64,000 bases of DNA from an uncultured bacterium (GCA_965369655.1 CBDUQR010000004.1:1-64000), one strand, 5' to 3'; positions 10,515-21,123 are shown, counted from the stretch's first letter. Notes: generated by a model not told the origin, from the letters alone. Numbers and translations are program-made.

Positions 10515-10577
10515 CCTTCGAAGCTCAGGACTTGCCCTTCGAAGCTCAGGACTTGCCCTTCGAAGCTCAGGACCTGC
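10515..10577. repeat. 3x 21-bp tandem repeat CCTTCGAAGCTCAGGACTTGC
   Basis: Units at 10515, 10536 and 10557 (one mismatch), no spacers; member of a dispersed CCCTTCG..CTCAGGAC family. Confidence 0.95.
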
Positions 10578-10721
10578 GCGGGGACGTCTGCCGCCCATGG
10601 TATTCGAACAGAGTGGCGGAACCGCTAAAGGCAGAGTCCTGAGCATTGCGAAGGGGTTTCGTCCTACAGTTGACTCGCACCTCTTGTAAAATCGACCCAA
10701 ATGATGTAAATTTCATGCTTC

Positions 10722-10782
10722 ATGTGCACGCAGGAGCTGTGCTCCTGCGTTATTCGTCGGGGCATAGCCCCGACGAGCACAT
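10722..10782. repeat. Y-shaped palindrome (two perfect 10-bp hairpins closed by a 6-bp stem)
   Basis: ATGTGC [ACGCAGGAGC-TGT-GCTCCTGCGT] TAT [TCGTCGGGGC-ATA-GCCCCGACGA] GCACAT. Confidence 0.8.
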
Positions 10783-10820
10783 AACATATTCATGCTTCGC
10801 TCTGGAAGCGCGTAAATACT

Positions 10821-12107
10821 ATGATGAAAGCGTCACTATACACATTGGGTTGCAGGCTGAATCAGGCTGAGACCGGAATAATCGCCAAAACTCTAGTCGA
10901 CGAGGGCTACGAGATCGTCGAGTGGGGTGAGCCTGTCGATCTCGCAGTAGTCAACACCTGCACCGTGACTGAGAAGGCCGACTCGAAATGCCGGAATGCG
11001 GTCAGGAAAGCGATTCGCACAAATCCTGACGCATTCGTAGCTGTCGTCGGATGCTACTCACAGATGGCTGCGAAACTCATAAGTGAAATCGACGGCGTCG
11101 ATCTCATTCTCGGCAACGCCGAGAAACTCAAGCTGGCCGACCATATCAATGGCCTGCGGAAGATCGACACGCCAAAAATCATCTGCTCGCGTTTGGTCGC
11201 TCGCGACGATTTCACCATCGAGTCCGAGAGCACTCATGATAACCACACCCGCGCGAATCTCAAGATTCAGGATGGCTGTGATTTCGTCTGTTCATACTGT
11301 ATCATACCGAGAGCGCGTGGACGATCGCGGAGCCGTCAGTTTTCCGACCTGATGCGTGAAGCACGGCAACTCGCCGACGATGGATTCAAAGAAATCGTAC
11401 TGACCGGAGTCAACATCGGAACATATCAAAGCGACGGCTACAATTTCCTCGACATGGTCACGGAACTCGAAAAGCTCGATGGAATAGAACGAATTCGTAT
11501 CAGTTCAATTGAACTGACGACCATCGAGCGAGAGCTTGTGCAGCACATGGCTGAATCCGTCAAGCTCTGCCGTCACCTGCACATTCCGCTACAGAGCGGA
11601 GACGACACGATCCTCGAAAACATGGCTCGTAAACACAAATCTCAGGAGTATGCCGATTTCGTCGAGTACTGTGTCGAGACAGTGCCGGAGATCGGGATCG
11701 GAGCCGACATTCTGGTCGGATTCCCCGGCGAGAGTGACGAGCAGTTCAGAAACACAAAGAAATTCCTCGCCGATCTGCCAATCGAGTATTTCCATGTTTT
11801 CGCATATTCCGATCGCGAGAACACACCCTCCTCGCGCATGCCGGGCAAGATCGACCCCGATACTAAAAAACTGCGCAGCCGAATAATGATAGAGATGGGC
11901 AAGCGTAAACGTTATGCATTCTGCGAGCGATATATCGGCAAGCCGGTCGATGTGCTGTTCGAGTCGATCGAGGATGGTCTCTGGACCGGATTCACCGACA
12001 ACTACATGCGAGTGCAGACACAGTGCGAAGAACATGTCAGAAATCAGATTCTGACTGTCGTGCCGGAGCGCATTGAGGGCAACACATTGATCGGGACGCT
12101 CACATGA
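10821..12107 (+). CDS. mtaB: tRNA t6A37 methylthiotransferase (radical SAM)
   Basis: TLGCRLNQAE, NTCTVT, KIQDGCDFVCSYCIIP; lacks the MiaB-specific YGCQMN. Confidence 0.88.
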   Translation: MMKASLYTLGCRLNQAETGIIAKTLVDEGYEIVEWGEPVDLAVVNTCTVTEKADSKCRNAVRKAIRTNPDAFVAVVGCYSQMAAKLISEIDGVDLILGNAEKLKLADHINGLRKIDTPKIICSRLVARDDFTIESESTHDNHTRANLKIQDGCDFVCSYCIIPRARGRSRSRQFSDLMREARQLADDGFKEIVLTGVNIGTYQSDGYNFLDMVTELEKLDGIERIRISSIELTTIERELVQHMAESVKLCRHLHIPLQSGDDTILENMARKHKSQEYADFVEYCVETVPEIGIGADILVGFPGESDEQFRNTKKFLADLPIEYFHVFAYSDRENTPSSRMPGKIDPDTKKLRSRIMIEMGKRKRYAFCERYIGKPVDVLFESIEDGLWTGFTDNYMRVQTQCEEHVRNQILTVVPERIEGNTLIGTLT

Positions 12108-13405
12108 AATCCGTATACATCGAGACATACGGCTGTCAGATGAATGAGTATGACAGCGAAATCGTGAGATCGATTCTCTGCGAGAACGACTTCGAGATGA
12201 CCGAAAACCCCGACACGGCATCGGTGATTCTTCTCAATACTTGCTCGGTCAGAGAGAATGCGCACAAGAAAGTCTTTCGCCGAATCGAGGCGCTGAAATA
12301 TCTCAAGAGACAAAACGATCACCTGATCCTGGGTGTGATTGGCTGTATGGCGCAGAGCCTGAAAGAAGAGCTTCTCGAAGATGGTATCGGAGTTGATCTC
12401 ATTGCCGGTCCCGATACATACAGGCGGCTGCCGAATCTCATAAGAGGCGTCGAGAGCACCGGACAGAAGGCAGCCGAGCTCAAGCTCTCCCGTACTGAGA
12501 CGTATGCCGATGTGTTCCCTACGCAGGATCAGGGTGCCAATGCCTGGATAGCGGTGATGCGGGGCTGCGACAACGTCTGTACTTTCTGTATCGTGCCGTA
12601 TACGCGGGGCCGGGAACGCAGCCGCGAACCGAAGGGTGTCATCGACGAGGCAAGACGGCTCGCCGATCAGGGATTCAGGCAGGTGACTCTGCTCGGTCAG
12701 AATGTCAACTCATACAAATATGACAACTGCGATTTCACCGACTTGATTAACCTGGTCAGCGAGATCGACGGCATCAGTAGGATCAGGTTCACCTCGCCGC
12801 ATCCGAAGGATTTCCCGACGAAACTGATTGAGGTTATCCGCGACAATCCCAAAGCCTGCAAGCATATTCACCTGCCGCTGCAAGCTGGGAACGACCGCAT
12901 ACTCGACATGATGAAACGCACTTATACAGGCGATGAGTTTATCAACCTTGCGGCCCTGATCCGCAGCGAAATCCCCGGTGTGGCGCTGACGACAGATATC
13001 ATCGTCGGCTTTCCGACTGAGACCGAAGATGAGTTTCAGGACACGCTTCGCATTGTCGACGAAGTCAGGTTCGATTCAGCGTTCATGTTCAAATACTCGG
13101 AGAGAAAAGACACCGTCGCACAGAGGAAGTATCCGGACGATGTGTCAAAGAATGATAAGACATCGAGGATCACGCGGCTGGTTGATATGCAGCGGCGGAT
13201 CTCGTTCGAGCGAAATCAGGCGCATCTTGACGCGATATTCGAGATTCTTGTCGAAGGCAGGGCGAAGAAACCGGATCAACTTTTCGGCAGAAACGATGGC
13301 AACAAGATCGTGGTCTTCCCCGACAATGGCGTCGAAGCGGGTGAGTTCCTGCGTGTAAGAATATACGAGGTGACTCCTAATACGCTAATCGGCAAAGTAA
13401 CTTAG
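12104..13405 (+). CDS. miaB: tRNA i6A37 methylthiotransferase
   Basis: TYGCQMNEYDS, NTCSVRENA, MRGCDNVCTFCIVPYTRGRERSR, LLGQNVNSY, TRAM tail. Confidence 0.95.
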   Translation: MKSVYIETYGCQMNEYDSEIVRSILCENDFEMTENPDTASVILLNTCSVRENAHKKVFRRIEALKYLKRQNDHLILGVIGCMAQSLKEELLEDGIGVDLIAGPDTYRRLPNLIRGVESTGQKAAELKLSRTETYADVFPTQDQGANAWIAVMRGCDNVCTFCIVPYTRGRERSREPKGVIDEARRLADQGFRQVTLLGQNVNSYKYDNCDFTDLINLVSEIDGISRIRFTSPHPKDFPTKLIEVIRDNPKACKHIHLPLQAGNDRILDMMKRTYTGDEFINLAALIRSEIPGVALTTDIIVGFPTETEDEFQDTLRIVDEVRFDSAFMFKYSERKDTVAQRKYPDDVSKNDKTSRITRLVDMQRRISFERNQAHLDAIFEILVEGRAKKPDQLFGRNDGNKIVVFPDNGVEAGEFLRVRIYEVTPNTLIGKVT

Positions 13406-13411
13406 TCTTTA

Positions 13412-13524
13412 GCAGGTCATGCCCACTTGCCCAATCCTGAGCTCAGCGAAGGGAGGCATGACATTCCGGAGTTTCTCACGTCCCCCTTCGACAGACTCAG
13501 GACTGGCAAGTGGACGTGAGCTAC
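13412..13524. repeat. REP-like hairpin cluster with two nested CCCTTCG..CTCAGGA modules
   Basis: Modules at 13434-13453 (minus) and 13484-13503 (plus); the TGGCAAGTG..CGTGA..TAC end is shared with 55296-55316. Confidence 0.65.
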
Positions 13525-13770
13525 AAGGACTACAAGTCCAACTGGAACATGGGGCAAGAAGGGCAAACCCCACTATCTTTTTTGTTGATTTTTTACTGGC
13601 GACCTGTTAAGTTCGAATTCAAATTTAAGCTGAAAGGCTGTGTAGAGAAAGGTTAGTACACAGGTTTCGGAGATAGAATAAGAAATGATAGACTGCGGGA
13701 GAAGTTATTCTCGGCGCGAGCCGGGAGATTTCTATTCTCTCGCCACACAATGAAAGAGGAGGTGTGGGTT

Positions 13771-15255
13771 TTGCAGAATGGATTCAGAACAGCTACGATC
13801 CTGTTGATGGTCCTGGTCTTCACTATTCCCGCGTTTGCCGTTGAAAACACTGGCAAGATCGGCTTTGGCGTACGTGGAGGCGGATTCATCAGCGGTGGTG
13901 AATGGAAACTCGGTCCAATGTTTGGTGCCGACCTGAAGTTCGGCATTCACAAAAATTGGTCGATTGGTCTGACCGGAATGTACGGCCCGACCAAGGGCGG
14001 CATGCTGGAGATGGACAACAATAACGTGCAGATGATTGTCTCAACTGATGAAGATGCCGACAAACTTCGCATTCGTCATCATGTTGTAGAGATGGCGGGC
14101 TGGTTCAATATCACGCCCGATGCTGAGAAACTGAACTTGTACCTCATGGCCGGCGCCGGTATCGATACATGGCACACTGAATATGACGGTGGCGACAAAG
14201 TCTATGTCTTCGATACGAGCGGAGTCGAGTCTTTCCGGTACAGAGATCAGCAATTGGCGCTGGTGATTGGCGGTGGACTCGAATACTTCCTGATTGAGGA
14301 ATTCTCGATCGGAGCAGGGCTACGCTATCACATATTGACCAATGCCCTGTCGCAGTTCAAGGACGAGAGAGATGTCGGCGATAATCTCGACAACCCGTCC
14401 GGACTTCTCGAAATCGGCGCTACTCTCACAGCCTATCTCGGCTCGTGCAAGGACAGCGACAAAGACGGCGTCTGCGATGAGGATGACAAGTGTCCCGAGA
14501 CGCCGAAAGGATGTATCGTTGATGAGGCCGGTTGCCCACTCGACGGTGACGGCGACGGTGTCTGCGACGGTCTCGACCAGTGCCCGGATACGCCACGCGG
14601 CTGCAAAGTCGACATGAACGGTTGCCTGATCGATTCGGACGGCGACGGCGTGTGTGACGGTATTGATAAGTGCCCCGACACTCCGACTATTGCGAAGGTC
14701 GACGCCGACGGCTGCCCGCTCGATACCGACAGAGACGGCGTACCAGATTACCGGGATAAGTGCCCCGACACGCCATACGGCTGCAAGGTCGATGAAAACG
14801 GTTGCGAGATCGATTCCGATGGCGACGGCGTTTGCGACGGTCTCGACAAGTGCCCCGGCACACCGGCAGGTCTGAAGGTGGACAAAGATGGCTGCCCGGT
14901 CGATTTCATCATCGAGAAGGAACAGGTCCTCGAACCCATCATATTCGCCGTTAACTCTGCCAAGCTGACCAAACAGTCCAGGAGCACTATCGATGCGATG
15001 ATCGAGAAGCTCAAGGCGATTTCGCACGTACGGATCGAGGTCCAGGGTCACACTGACGTCAGCGGCACGCACAAGTGGAACATGGAACTTTCACAGATGC
15101 GCGCGCAGTCTGTCGTTGACTATATGGTTGAGAAGGGAATTGATGTGTCGCGGTTGGTCCCAAAGGGTTACGGCCCAGACAAGCCCAAGTACGACAACAA
15201 GGTCGCCGAAGGGCGCAGAAACAACCGCCGTGTAGAAGTCATTCGTTTGAACTAA
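13771..15255 (+). CDS. OmpA-family outer membrane protein with thrombospondin type-3 Ca-binding repeats
   Basis: Signal peptide, beta-barrel, repeated DSDGDGVCDGLDKCPDTP, OmpA C-domain GHTD...LS..RA..V...NRRVE; TTG start after GAGGAGG. Confidence 0.92.
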   Translation: MQNGFRTATILLMVLVFTIPAFAVENTGKIGFGVRGGGFISGGEWKLGPMFGADLKFGIHKNWSIGLTGMYGPTKGGMLEMDNNNVQMIVSTDEDADKLRIRHHVVEMAGWFNITPDAEKLNLYLMAGAGIDTWHTEYDGGDKVYVFDTSGVESFRYRDQQLALVIGGGLEYFLIEEFSIGAGLRYHILTNALSQFKDERDVGDNLDNPSGLLEIGATLTAYLGSCKDSDKDGVCDEDDKCPETPKGCIVDEAGCPLDGDGDGVCDGLDQCPDTPRGCKVDMNGCLIDSDGDGVCDGIDKCPDTPTIAKVDADGCPLDTDRDGVPDYRDKCPDTPYGCKVDENGCEIDSDGDGVCDGLDKCPGTPAGLKVDKDGCPVDFIIEKEQVLEPIIFAVNSAKLTKQSRSTIDAMIEKLKAISHVRIEVQGHTDVSGTHKWNMELSQMRAQSVVDYMVEKGIDVSRLVPKGYGPDKPKYDNKVAEGRRNNRRVEVIRLN

Positions 15256-15282
15256 ATGGGCTTCACATCTGAATAGACAATG

Positions 15283-15314
15283 GAGGCGCCGAGTATATCG
15301 GCGCCTCTCTGTTT
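15283..15314 (+). terminator. Intrinsic terminator after ompA
   Basis: GAGGCGCCGA-GTATA-TCGGCGCCTC followed by a T-rich tail. Confidence 0.6.
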
Positions 15315-15381
15315 CCGGCTGGTATCGGAACCACTACCCTACTCCAATCAAGATTTACGAATGGACTCGAAGCACAAATAG

Positions 15382-15413
15382 AAAAGGCCGCCCGGATGGA
15401 CGGCCTTTGTTTT
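15382..15413. terminator. Bidirectional terminator (maeB side)
   Basis: AAAAGGCCG...CGGCCTTTGTTTT. Confidence 0.6.
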
Positions 15414-15428
15414 GATCTGTATTCGGAA

Positions 15429-17684
15429 TCATTCCGGATGCGGATAGAGTGAATCGACGGCGGCGAGTGCAGTCATGTTAACAATGCCGTCGACGTCGAC
15501 AGCTCTGTGCAGGATATGGATCGGTTTACTGATTCCCTGGAGAATCGGTCCTATCGCCTCCGCATTGCCGAGCTGCATCATCAGCTTGTACGTCGATGTC
15601 CCACTGTCGAGGTTCGGGAAGATCAGGCAGTTCGCATCGCCCTTGATCAGCGAGAACGGGAAATCCCTCTCGGAGATATACGGTGCGACGGCGGTGTCAG
15701 CCTGCATCTCACCCTCGACAACGAGATCCGGGTGATCGCGCTTCAGGATTTTTGTAGCTTCCCGCACTTTGTTGGTCTCGGCACATCTGACCGATCCGAA
15801 GTTCGAGAAGCTGATCATCGCAACGCGCGGTTCACAGTCGAAATGCCTCGCGGTTGCCGCGGTCATGAGCGCAATATCGACCAGTTGTTCGGCTGAAGGG
15901 TTGATGTTGATAGTTGTATCGGCAAAGAAGAGCGCTCTGTCCCTGAGCATGATGACATAAACGCCGCACACGGTCGAACGGCCATTCGGTTTCTTGAGCA
16001 ACTGCAGCGCCGGTTTGATCGTGTCGGGGAAATGCTGCCCGACGCCTGAGAGCAAAGTGTCCGCATCTCCGGCTTCGACCATCAGAGTCCCGAACACGTT
16101 CGTATCGAGAACATTCCTTTGAATGTCTCCGAGGTTGACTCCCTTGCGGTTCCGAAGTTCGAAATACCTGTCTGCGTACTGTTTGAATTTCGGGCTTTCT
16201 CTCGGATAGATGATCTCGATTCCATCGATACTGATATTGATCTCGGCAGCGCTTTCCCTAATCGTATCAGGATGGCCGAGAAGCACCGGGATCGCGATTT
16301 GCTCGTCTTTCACCCTGCGGGCGGCCGCGATTATCTTTTCGTTGCTTCCCTCAGGATAGACAATCCGTCTCGGATTGTGTTTGGCTCTGCTTATGGTCTG
16401 CCCAAGTATCTGGCGTGTCTTGCTGAGCCTGCGTTCGAGTTCCTCTTCGTATTCTTCTATGTCGATCGTTTTCCGCGCGACGCCCGTATCCATCGCAGCC
16501 TTCGCAACAGCCGTTGCTTCCCTGACGAGTACGCGGGGGTCAAACGGCTTCGGAATGATATACTCCGGACCGAACTTGAGATGTTCACCACCGTACGCTT
16601 TGGTGACCGACTCGGGAACATACTCTTTGGCGAGCTCGGCAAGCGCGCGCGTTGCGGCAAGTTTCATCTCCATGTTGATCTTGCGCGCATGAACATCGAG
16701 CGCACCACGGAATATGAACGGGAAACCGAGCACATTGTTGACCTGATTCGGATAGTCGGAACGACCCGTCGCCATAATGATATCATCACGGGCGGCTTTT
16801 GCATCCTCGTAACTGATCTCCGGATCGGGATTCGCCATTGCAAATATGATCGGATGATCGGCCATTGATCGAACCATATCCTTGGTCACCATGTCCTTGA
16901 CTGATACACCGACGAACACATCAGCTCCATTCATGGCGTCTTCGAGCGTTCTCTCATCCGTATCTACGGCGAACTGTTCCTTGTACTTGTTCATTCCAGC
17001 AGTACGGCCTTTGTATATGACGCCTTTCGAATCGACCATCCTGATGTTTTCTCTCTTGACTCCGAGAGCGAGATACAGATTGGCGCATGCAATGCCCGCC
17101 GCTCCGGCTCCGAGGAAAACGCATTTGACTTTGTCTATATCCTTCTTGACAATTTCGAGAGCGTTCACCAGCGCGGCCCCTGATATAATCGCGGTACCAT
17201 GCTGATCGTCGTGAAACACAGGGATATCGAGTTCCTCGATCAGCGCCTCCTCGATTTCGAAACATTCCGGAGCTTTAATGTCTTCGAGATTGATACCGCC
17301 GAATGTCGGTGCGATCATCTTGCAAAAATTGATTATCTCCTTCGGATCATGGCTGTCAATTTCAATGTCGAACACATCGACATCAGCAAACCTTTTGAAG
17401 AGGACGCCCTTGCCCTCCATCACAGGCTTGCCTGCCTCCGGACCTATGTCGCCGAGACCCAGTACAGCCGTTCCATTAGAAATAACAGCAACGAGGTTTC
17501 CCTTGGCAGTATACTCATAGACCTTGTCCGGACTCGCTGCGATCTCCAGGCACGGTTGCGCGACTCCCGGTGTATAGGCCAGAGAGAGGTCTTTCTGAGT
17601 GAGACAGGGTTTGGTCGCTACGACCTCAATTTTCCCCGCCCTGCCAATCGAATGATAGGCTAATGCCTCTTCCTTACTTGTCAC
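15429..17684 (-). CDS. maeB: NADP-dependent malic enzyme with phosphotransacetylase-like C-domain
   Basis: [52 protein letters not shown]-like EGEMQAD. Confidence 0.95.
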   Translation of the reverse strand: MTSKEEALAYHSIGRAGKIEVVATKPCLTQKDLSLAYTPGVAQPCLEIAASPDKVYEYTAKGNLVAVISNGTAVLGLGDIGPEAGKPVMEGKGVLFKRFADVDVFDIEIDSHDPKEIINFCKMIAPTFGGINLEDIKAPECFEIEEALIEELDIPVFHDDQHGTAIISGAALVNALEIVKKDIDKVKCVFLGAGAAGIACANLYLALGVKRENIRMVDSKGVIYKGRTAGMNKYKEQFAVDTDERTLEDAMNGADVFVGVSVKDMVTKDMVRSMADHPIIFAMANPDPEISYEDAKAARDDIIMATGRSDYPNQVNNVLGFPFIFRGALDVHARKINMEMKLAATRALAELAKEYVPESVTKAYGGEHLKFGPEYIIPKPFDPRVLVREATAVAKAAMDTGVARKTIDIEEYEEELERRLSKTRQILGQTISRAKHNPRRIVYPEGSNEKIIAAARRVKDEQIAIPVLLGHPDTIRESAAEINISIDGIEIIYPRESPKFKQYADRYFELRNRKGVNLGDIQRNVLDTNVFGTLMVEAGDADTLLSGVGQHFPDTIKPALQLLKKPNGRSTVCGVYVIMLRDRALFFADTTININPSAEQLVDIALMTAATARHFDCEPRVAMISFSNFGSVRCAETNKVREATKILKRDHPDLVVEGEMQADTAVAPYISERDFPFSLIKGDANCLIFPNLDSGTSTYKLMMQLGNAEAIGPILQGISKPIHILHRAVDVDGIVNMTALAAVDSLYPHPE

Positions 17685-17942
17685 CGTTTACTCCCGGTTA
17701 TTATGTTAAAAAATCCGATGTGCAAAAATAGAGTTGTTGATTCGTTTGTCAAGCAGCTTTGGACGGTATTTGGATCGGACTGTCGAAATGTTTGCCGACA
17801 GCGGATGTGCTCAGCAGATCCCTGATCGACAGATGTAGACGACATTTCCATTTGAGGCGATTTGCCACGCAAGACTGTTTGAAATTCTGGATTTGCAACG
17901 TGCTGCACTACAATATGTTAAGGCTAATATCCTCAAATTAAG

Positions 17943-17971
17943 TTGCGTTCAGGGTTTGTGTCGCGTACTAT
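17943..17971 (+). promoter_or_regulatory. Putative sigma70 promoter giving a leaderless hit mRNA
   Basis: TTGCGT-N17-TACTAT, ATG 6 nt downstream, no SD. Confidence 0.45.
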
Positions 17972-17977
17972 TTCTTC

Positions 17978-18466
17978 ATGTCTAAGTCTGTATGGGCGCC
18001 ATGGAGAGAAGAATATATCCTCGGTTTCTCCAAAAAGAAAGTGGAGAAGGGATGCCTTTTCTGCAAGGCGATAAAGCAGAATCGTGACAGGGCGAACCTG
18101 ATCCTGTGTCGCAATGAAAGCACTTTCGTGATGATGAACCGCTACCCTTACACCTCGGGGCATCTGATGATTGTGCCGTACAGGCATGTCGGGACGCTTG
18201 AGAGGCTGAGCGACGAGATCGCGTGTGAACTCATGATGGAGACACGCAGGGCGGTGAAAATCCTGAAACAGGCTTTCAAACCTGACGGTTTGAATGTCGG
18301 GATCAATCTTGGCCGACCGGCGGGCGCCGGCGTTCCGGGGCATTTGCACGTACACATTGTTCCTCGGTGGACCGGGGACAACAGCTTCATGCCCGTCATA
18401 GGAGAGACGAGAGTCATTTCGGTTTCTCTCGAAACGACATTTAGGATTCTCAGTAAGCTTTTCTAA
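17978..18466 (+). CDS. HIT-family hydrolase (Ap4A phosphorylase-like)
   Basis: WAPWR, CLFC, N-YPY-SGHLM, GAG...HLHVHIVPRW. Confidence 0.92.
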   Translation: MSKSVWAPWREEYILGFSKKKVEKGCLFCKAIKQNRDRANLILCRNESTFVMMNRYPYTSGHLMIVPYRHVGTLERLSDEIACELMMETRRAVKILKQAFKPDGLNVGINLGRPAGAGVPGHLHVHIVPRWTGDNSFMPVIGETRVISVSLETTFRILSKLF

Positions 18467-18477
18467 AGGCTGCACCT

Positions 18478-20007
18478 ATGAAAATGCCGACAAAAGGTGA
18501 ACTCCTCCGACTCCAGGAGATGTATCACACCGACAAGCGCGTTGCCGAAGCTCTTGGCGGCAATGTCACTGAGCATCTTGTGCAGTACTGGCGGCGGAAA
18601 AAAGGCATACCGCGCAGGAAATTCCCCAAGTACTCAGAAGCGCAGATAAAGGAACTGTGGGAGCGTTACGGCGATGATTTCAGGTGCGGACGAGAGCTTG
18701 AACTCTCAAAGGCGGGATTCTACAGTTGGAGACGTCGCTACAATATAATGGACAAGCCGCATGCGTTAAGACTTGAACAGCTCGAACTGCGTTTTGGTGC
18801 GGAACCCAAACTTGGACGCGACGGAGTCTATGTCGAGTACTACAGGACCGTCGCCGAGAAAATCATGGCGAACTGTTCCGACAGCGATATTGTCGAGCGC
18901 AAACAGACTGTCGAACTGACGCCCGATCTGATACTGCTGGACCGACTGAGCGGAGAGGACCGACGCAAGCTGCGCATATCGAAATCGGTGGCCAATAGAG
19001 TCTGGCTTGCGACCGTTGATCGGGGCATCCTGTCGAACAGTCAACTGGATACTGGCAGGGTGCTGAACAATGTCTTCTCGCTTCTTCACCGCGAGGCTCT
19101 CTCGCCAAACATGCTGGTCGTGCGCAACAGTTGTTCAAGCGCTGGGTACTCGGCTTTCTCGACGCTTTCGATCGAGTTGAGGCAGGATCAACTGAACAAA
19201 CTTCTGAAACGTGGCAAGTTCGAGTACACAGTACCGCCCGTGCTCAGGATTACTCTTCAGGGAAGGCTCCAGCGCGGGGTCACGGCGTTTGACGTCTTCT
19301 GCTACGCCATATCAAATGTCTCCCAAAATGTTTTCGATGGCAGGATTGTCGAGTACGCAGGGAACGTGACCGAGAAGCTGAATATGTTCGAACGTTTCTC
19401 GCTGTGCCATCTTACTCCGGCCTCAGGCGCTGCCTGCGGGTACACTCTGTTCGATGAAACTACAAGAAAATACCTCGCCAGACGAGGCAGGTCCGACCAC
19501 AAAGCGCTTTTCTCTGACTCGAAAGCATTTTATGACCGCGACTATGTCCTGATGGTTTCAGGATTGGCCCCGCAGATCATGAAGTCGGATGAGTTGAGAT
19601 CGGGACAGCTTGTCAAGGATGCTGAGAATATCGGAGCAATCGATACGGTGTTCGTCGGGGGCCCCTGCGGGGGAGGGATCGAAGCGATGAAACAACTCGC
19701 CGATCTGCTCAAAGAACGCAGAGTACATTCATCGGTACGGATGTACATCTCCCCGCTGACTCAGGAGATTTACATCGAGGCGATCAAGAAACGCTACCTC
19801 GCTCCGATAGCGGAGGCGGGAGCGACAATTCTCCCGCCGGCTTCATCGCTGGAGGATATTCCAGGGTACACTCCGGGATCCGGGGCAGGCGTTCTCGCAA
19901 CACCTTATCGATACGATGACAGCCATTCGCAGGACTGCTGGTATGTGAGCCATTTCACGGCAGCCGAGAGTGCTGTACAAGGCAAACTAAGCTGCGTCGG
20001 ACGCTGA
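18478..20007 (+). CDS. Tandem HTH fused to a degenerate LeuC/aconitase large-subunit domain
   Basis: N-terminal repeats VQYWRRKKGI and FYSWRRRYNI; aconitase-like TVAEKIMA, GRLQRGVTAFD, VEYAG, FVGGPC; DSHT and CxxC motifs absent. Confidence 0.75.
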   Translation: MKMPTKGELLRLQEMYHTDKRVAEALGGNVTEHLVQYWRRKKGIPRRKFPKYSEAQIKELWERYGDDFRCGRELELSKAGFYSWRRRYNIMDKPHALRLEQLELRFGAEPKLGRDGVYVEYYRTVAEKIMANCSDSDIVERKQTVELTPDLILLDRLSGEDRRKLRISKSVANRVWLATVDRGILSNSQLDTGRVLNNVFSLLHREALSPNMLVVRNSCSSAGYSAFSTLSIELRQDQLNKLLKRGKFEYTVPPVLRITLQGRLQRGVTAFDVFCYAISNVSQNVFDGRIVEYAGNVTEKLNMFERFSLCHLTPASGAACGYTLFDETTRKYLARRGRSDHKALFSDSKAFYDRDYVLMVSGLAPQIMKSDELRSGQLVKDAENIGAIDTVFVGGPCGGGIEAMKQLADLLKERRVHSSVRMYISPLTQEIYIEAIKKRYLAPIAEAGATILPPASSLEDIPGYTPGSGAGVLATPYRYDDSHSQDCWYVSHFTAAESAVQGKLSCVGR

Positions 20008-20051
20008 GACGATGGATGCGTCTTCATCGCCTGTTTCGACATTCATTCAGG

Positions 20052-20080
20052 TTGACAAAGGGCAAGGCTCGGACTACATT
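20052..20080 (+). promoter_or_regulatory. Putative internal sigma70 promoter for leuD
   Basis: TTGACA-N17-TACATT. Confidence 0.55.
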
Positions 20081-20107
20081 CTGTCGAACTGATCGAAAGG
20101 ACTGCGA

Positions 20108-20605
20108 GTGGGCCTGATCAAAGGCAAGGTTTTCAAATACGGTGATGATATTAACACCGATGTGATCTTTCCGGGCAAGTATACGTACACGGTAACTGAA
20201 CCCGAGGATATGGCCAGCCACGCGATGGAGGATCTCGACCCCGGCTTTGTCGATGAAGTCGAAAATGGCGATGTTGTTGTCGGAGGCAAGAACTTCGGTT
20301 GTGGATCGTCACGCGAGCAGGCTGTGAAGTGCCTGAAATTCTCAGGCGTCGGAGCCGTTATTGCCAAGTCATTTTCGAGAATCTATTTTCGCAACCTGAT
20401 CAACAACGGCATTCCGGCAATTGTTAACGCCGAGCTTGTCGATGTGCTCGAAAAGGGCGATCGAATCGAGGTCAATCTGGAGAGCGGTATGGTCAGCACG
20501 CCAAAGGGTGAATTCAGTTTTCCGGCGTATGCTCCGGAAATACAGGAGATAATTGATTCCGGCGGACTCATCCCGTACACTCAGAAGAAACTCGGGATCG
20601 GGTAG
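20108..20605 (+). CDS. leuD: 3-isopropylmalate/homoaconitate dehydratase small subunit
   Basis: GDDINTDVIFPGKY, NFGCGSSREQA, SFSRIYFRN. Confidence 0.85.
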   Translation: MGLIKGKVFKYGDDINTDVIFPGKYTYTVTEPEDMASHAMEDLDPGFVDEVENGDVVVGGKNFGCGSSREQAVKCLKFSGVGAVIAKSFSRIYFRNLINNGIPAIVNAELVDVLEKGDRIEVNLESGMVSTPKGEFSFPAYAPEIQEIIDSGGLIPYTQKKLGIG

Positions 20606-20729
20606 CGCGTGATGTCATGGGAAACATCCGGACATTCGACACTGTTTTGAAAGCAAAGTATCGCGGACGCTATATCTGAATGGTCGTTTCGCGCAGTTTG
20701 GAAACAAAAGGAGCTTTGGAGGACATACA

Positions 20730-21068
20730 ATGAAAGTCAACGCCTACGAAAAAGACGGAGTTTCAATAATCGAGGTCAAGGGTCGACTCATGGGTGGACC
20801 CGACACCGGTGAACTCGACGAAAAGCTCTATGCAATTATTGGCAAGGGAGACAAAAAGGCCATCGTTGATCTCGGCGGATGCGACTGGATCAATTCGTCC
20901 GGGCTTTCTATCCTGATCCATCATTACAAGAAATTCAAAGACGCCGGTGGCGAACTGAAGCTCGCCAACCTGACCAATAAGGTCGAGCGAATCATGGTGA
21001 TCGCGAGACTGACCGAGGTCTTCGACGCGCGCGATTCTGTCGAGGACGCTATCGCGGCGTTCGAGTAA
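20730..21068 (+). CDS. STAS-domain anti-sigma factor antagonist
   Basis: DLGGCDWINSSGL phospho-Ser motif; GGAGG RBS. Confidence 0.9.
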   Translation: MKVNAYEKDGVSIIEVKGRLMGGPDTGELDEKLYAIIGKGDKKAIVDLGGCDWINSSGLSILIHHYKKFKDAGGELKLANLTNKVERIMVIARLTEVFDARDSVEDAIAAFE

Positions 21069-21097
21069 TAGTCGATTCCGCTGATGATTGATTATTG

Positions 21098-21123
21098 AGG
21101 CGGCTCATAGTAGCCGCCTTTTA
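21098..21123 (+). terminator. Intrinsic terminator
   Basis: AGGCGGCT-CATAGT-AGCCGCCT-TTT. Confidence 0.7.

Noticed and set aside
10515-10577. CRISPR array
   Set aside because: The 21-bp units are head-to-tail with no spacers, and there are no cas genes in the window
10362-10700. 112-aa ORF with ELRRASP repeats
   Set aside because: It is a translation of intergenic repeat DNA, with no RBS or coding signal
14320-15072. 250-aa minus-strand ORF, and similar long antisense ORFs within C1, C25, maeB and spt
   Set aside because: Shadow frames of well-supported genes
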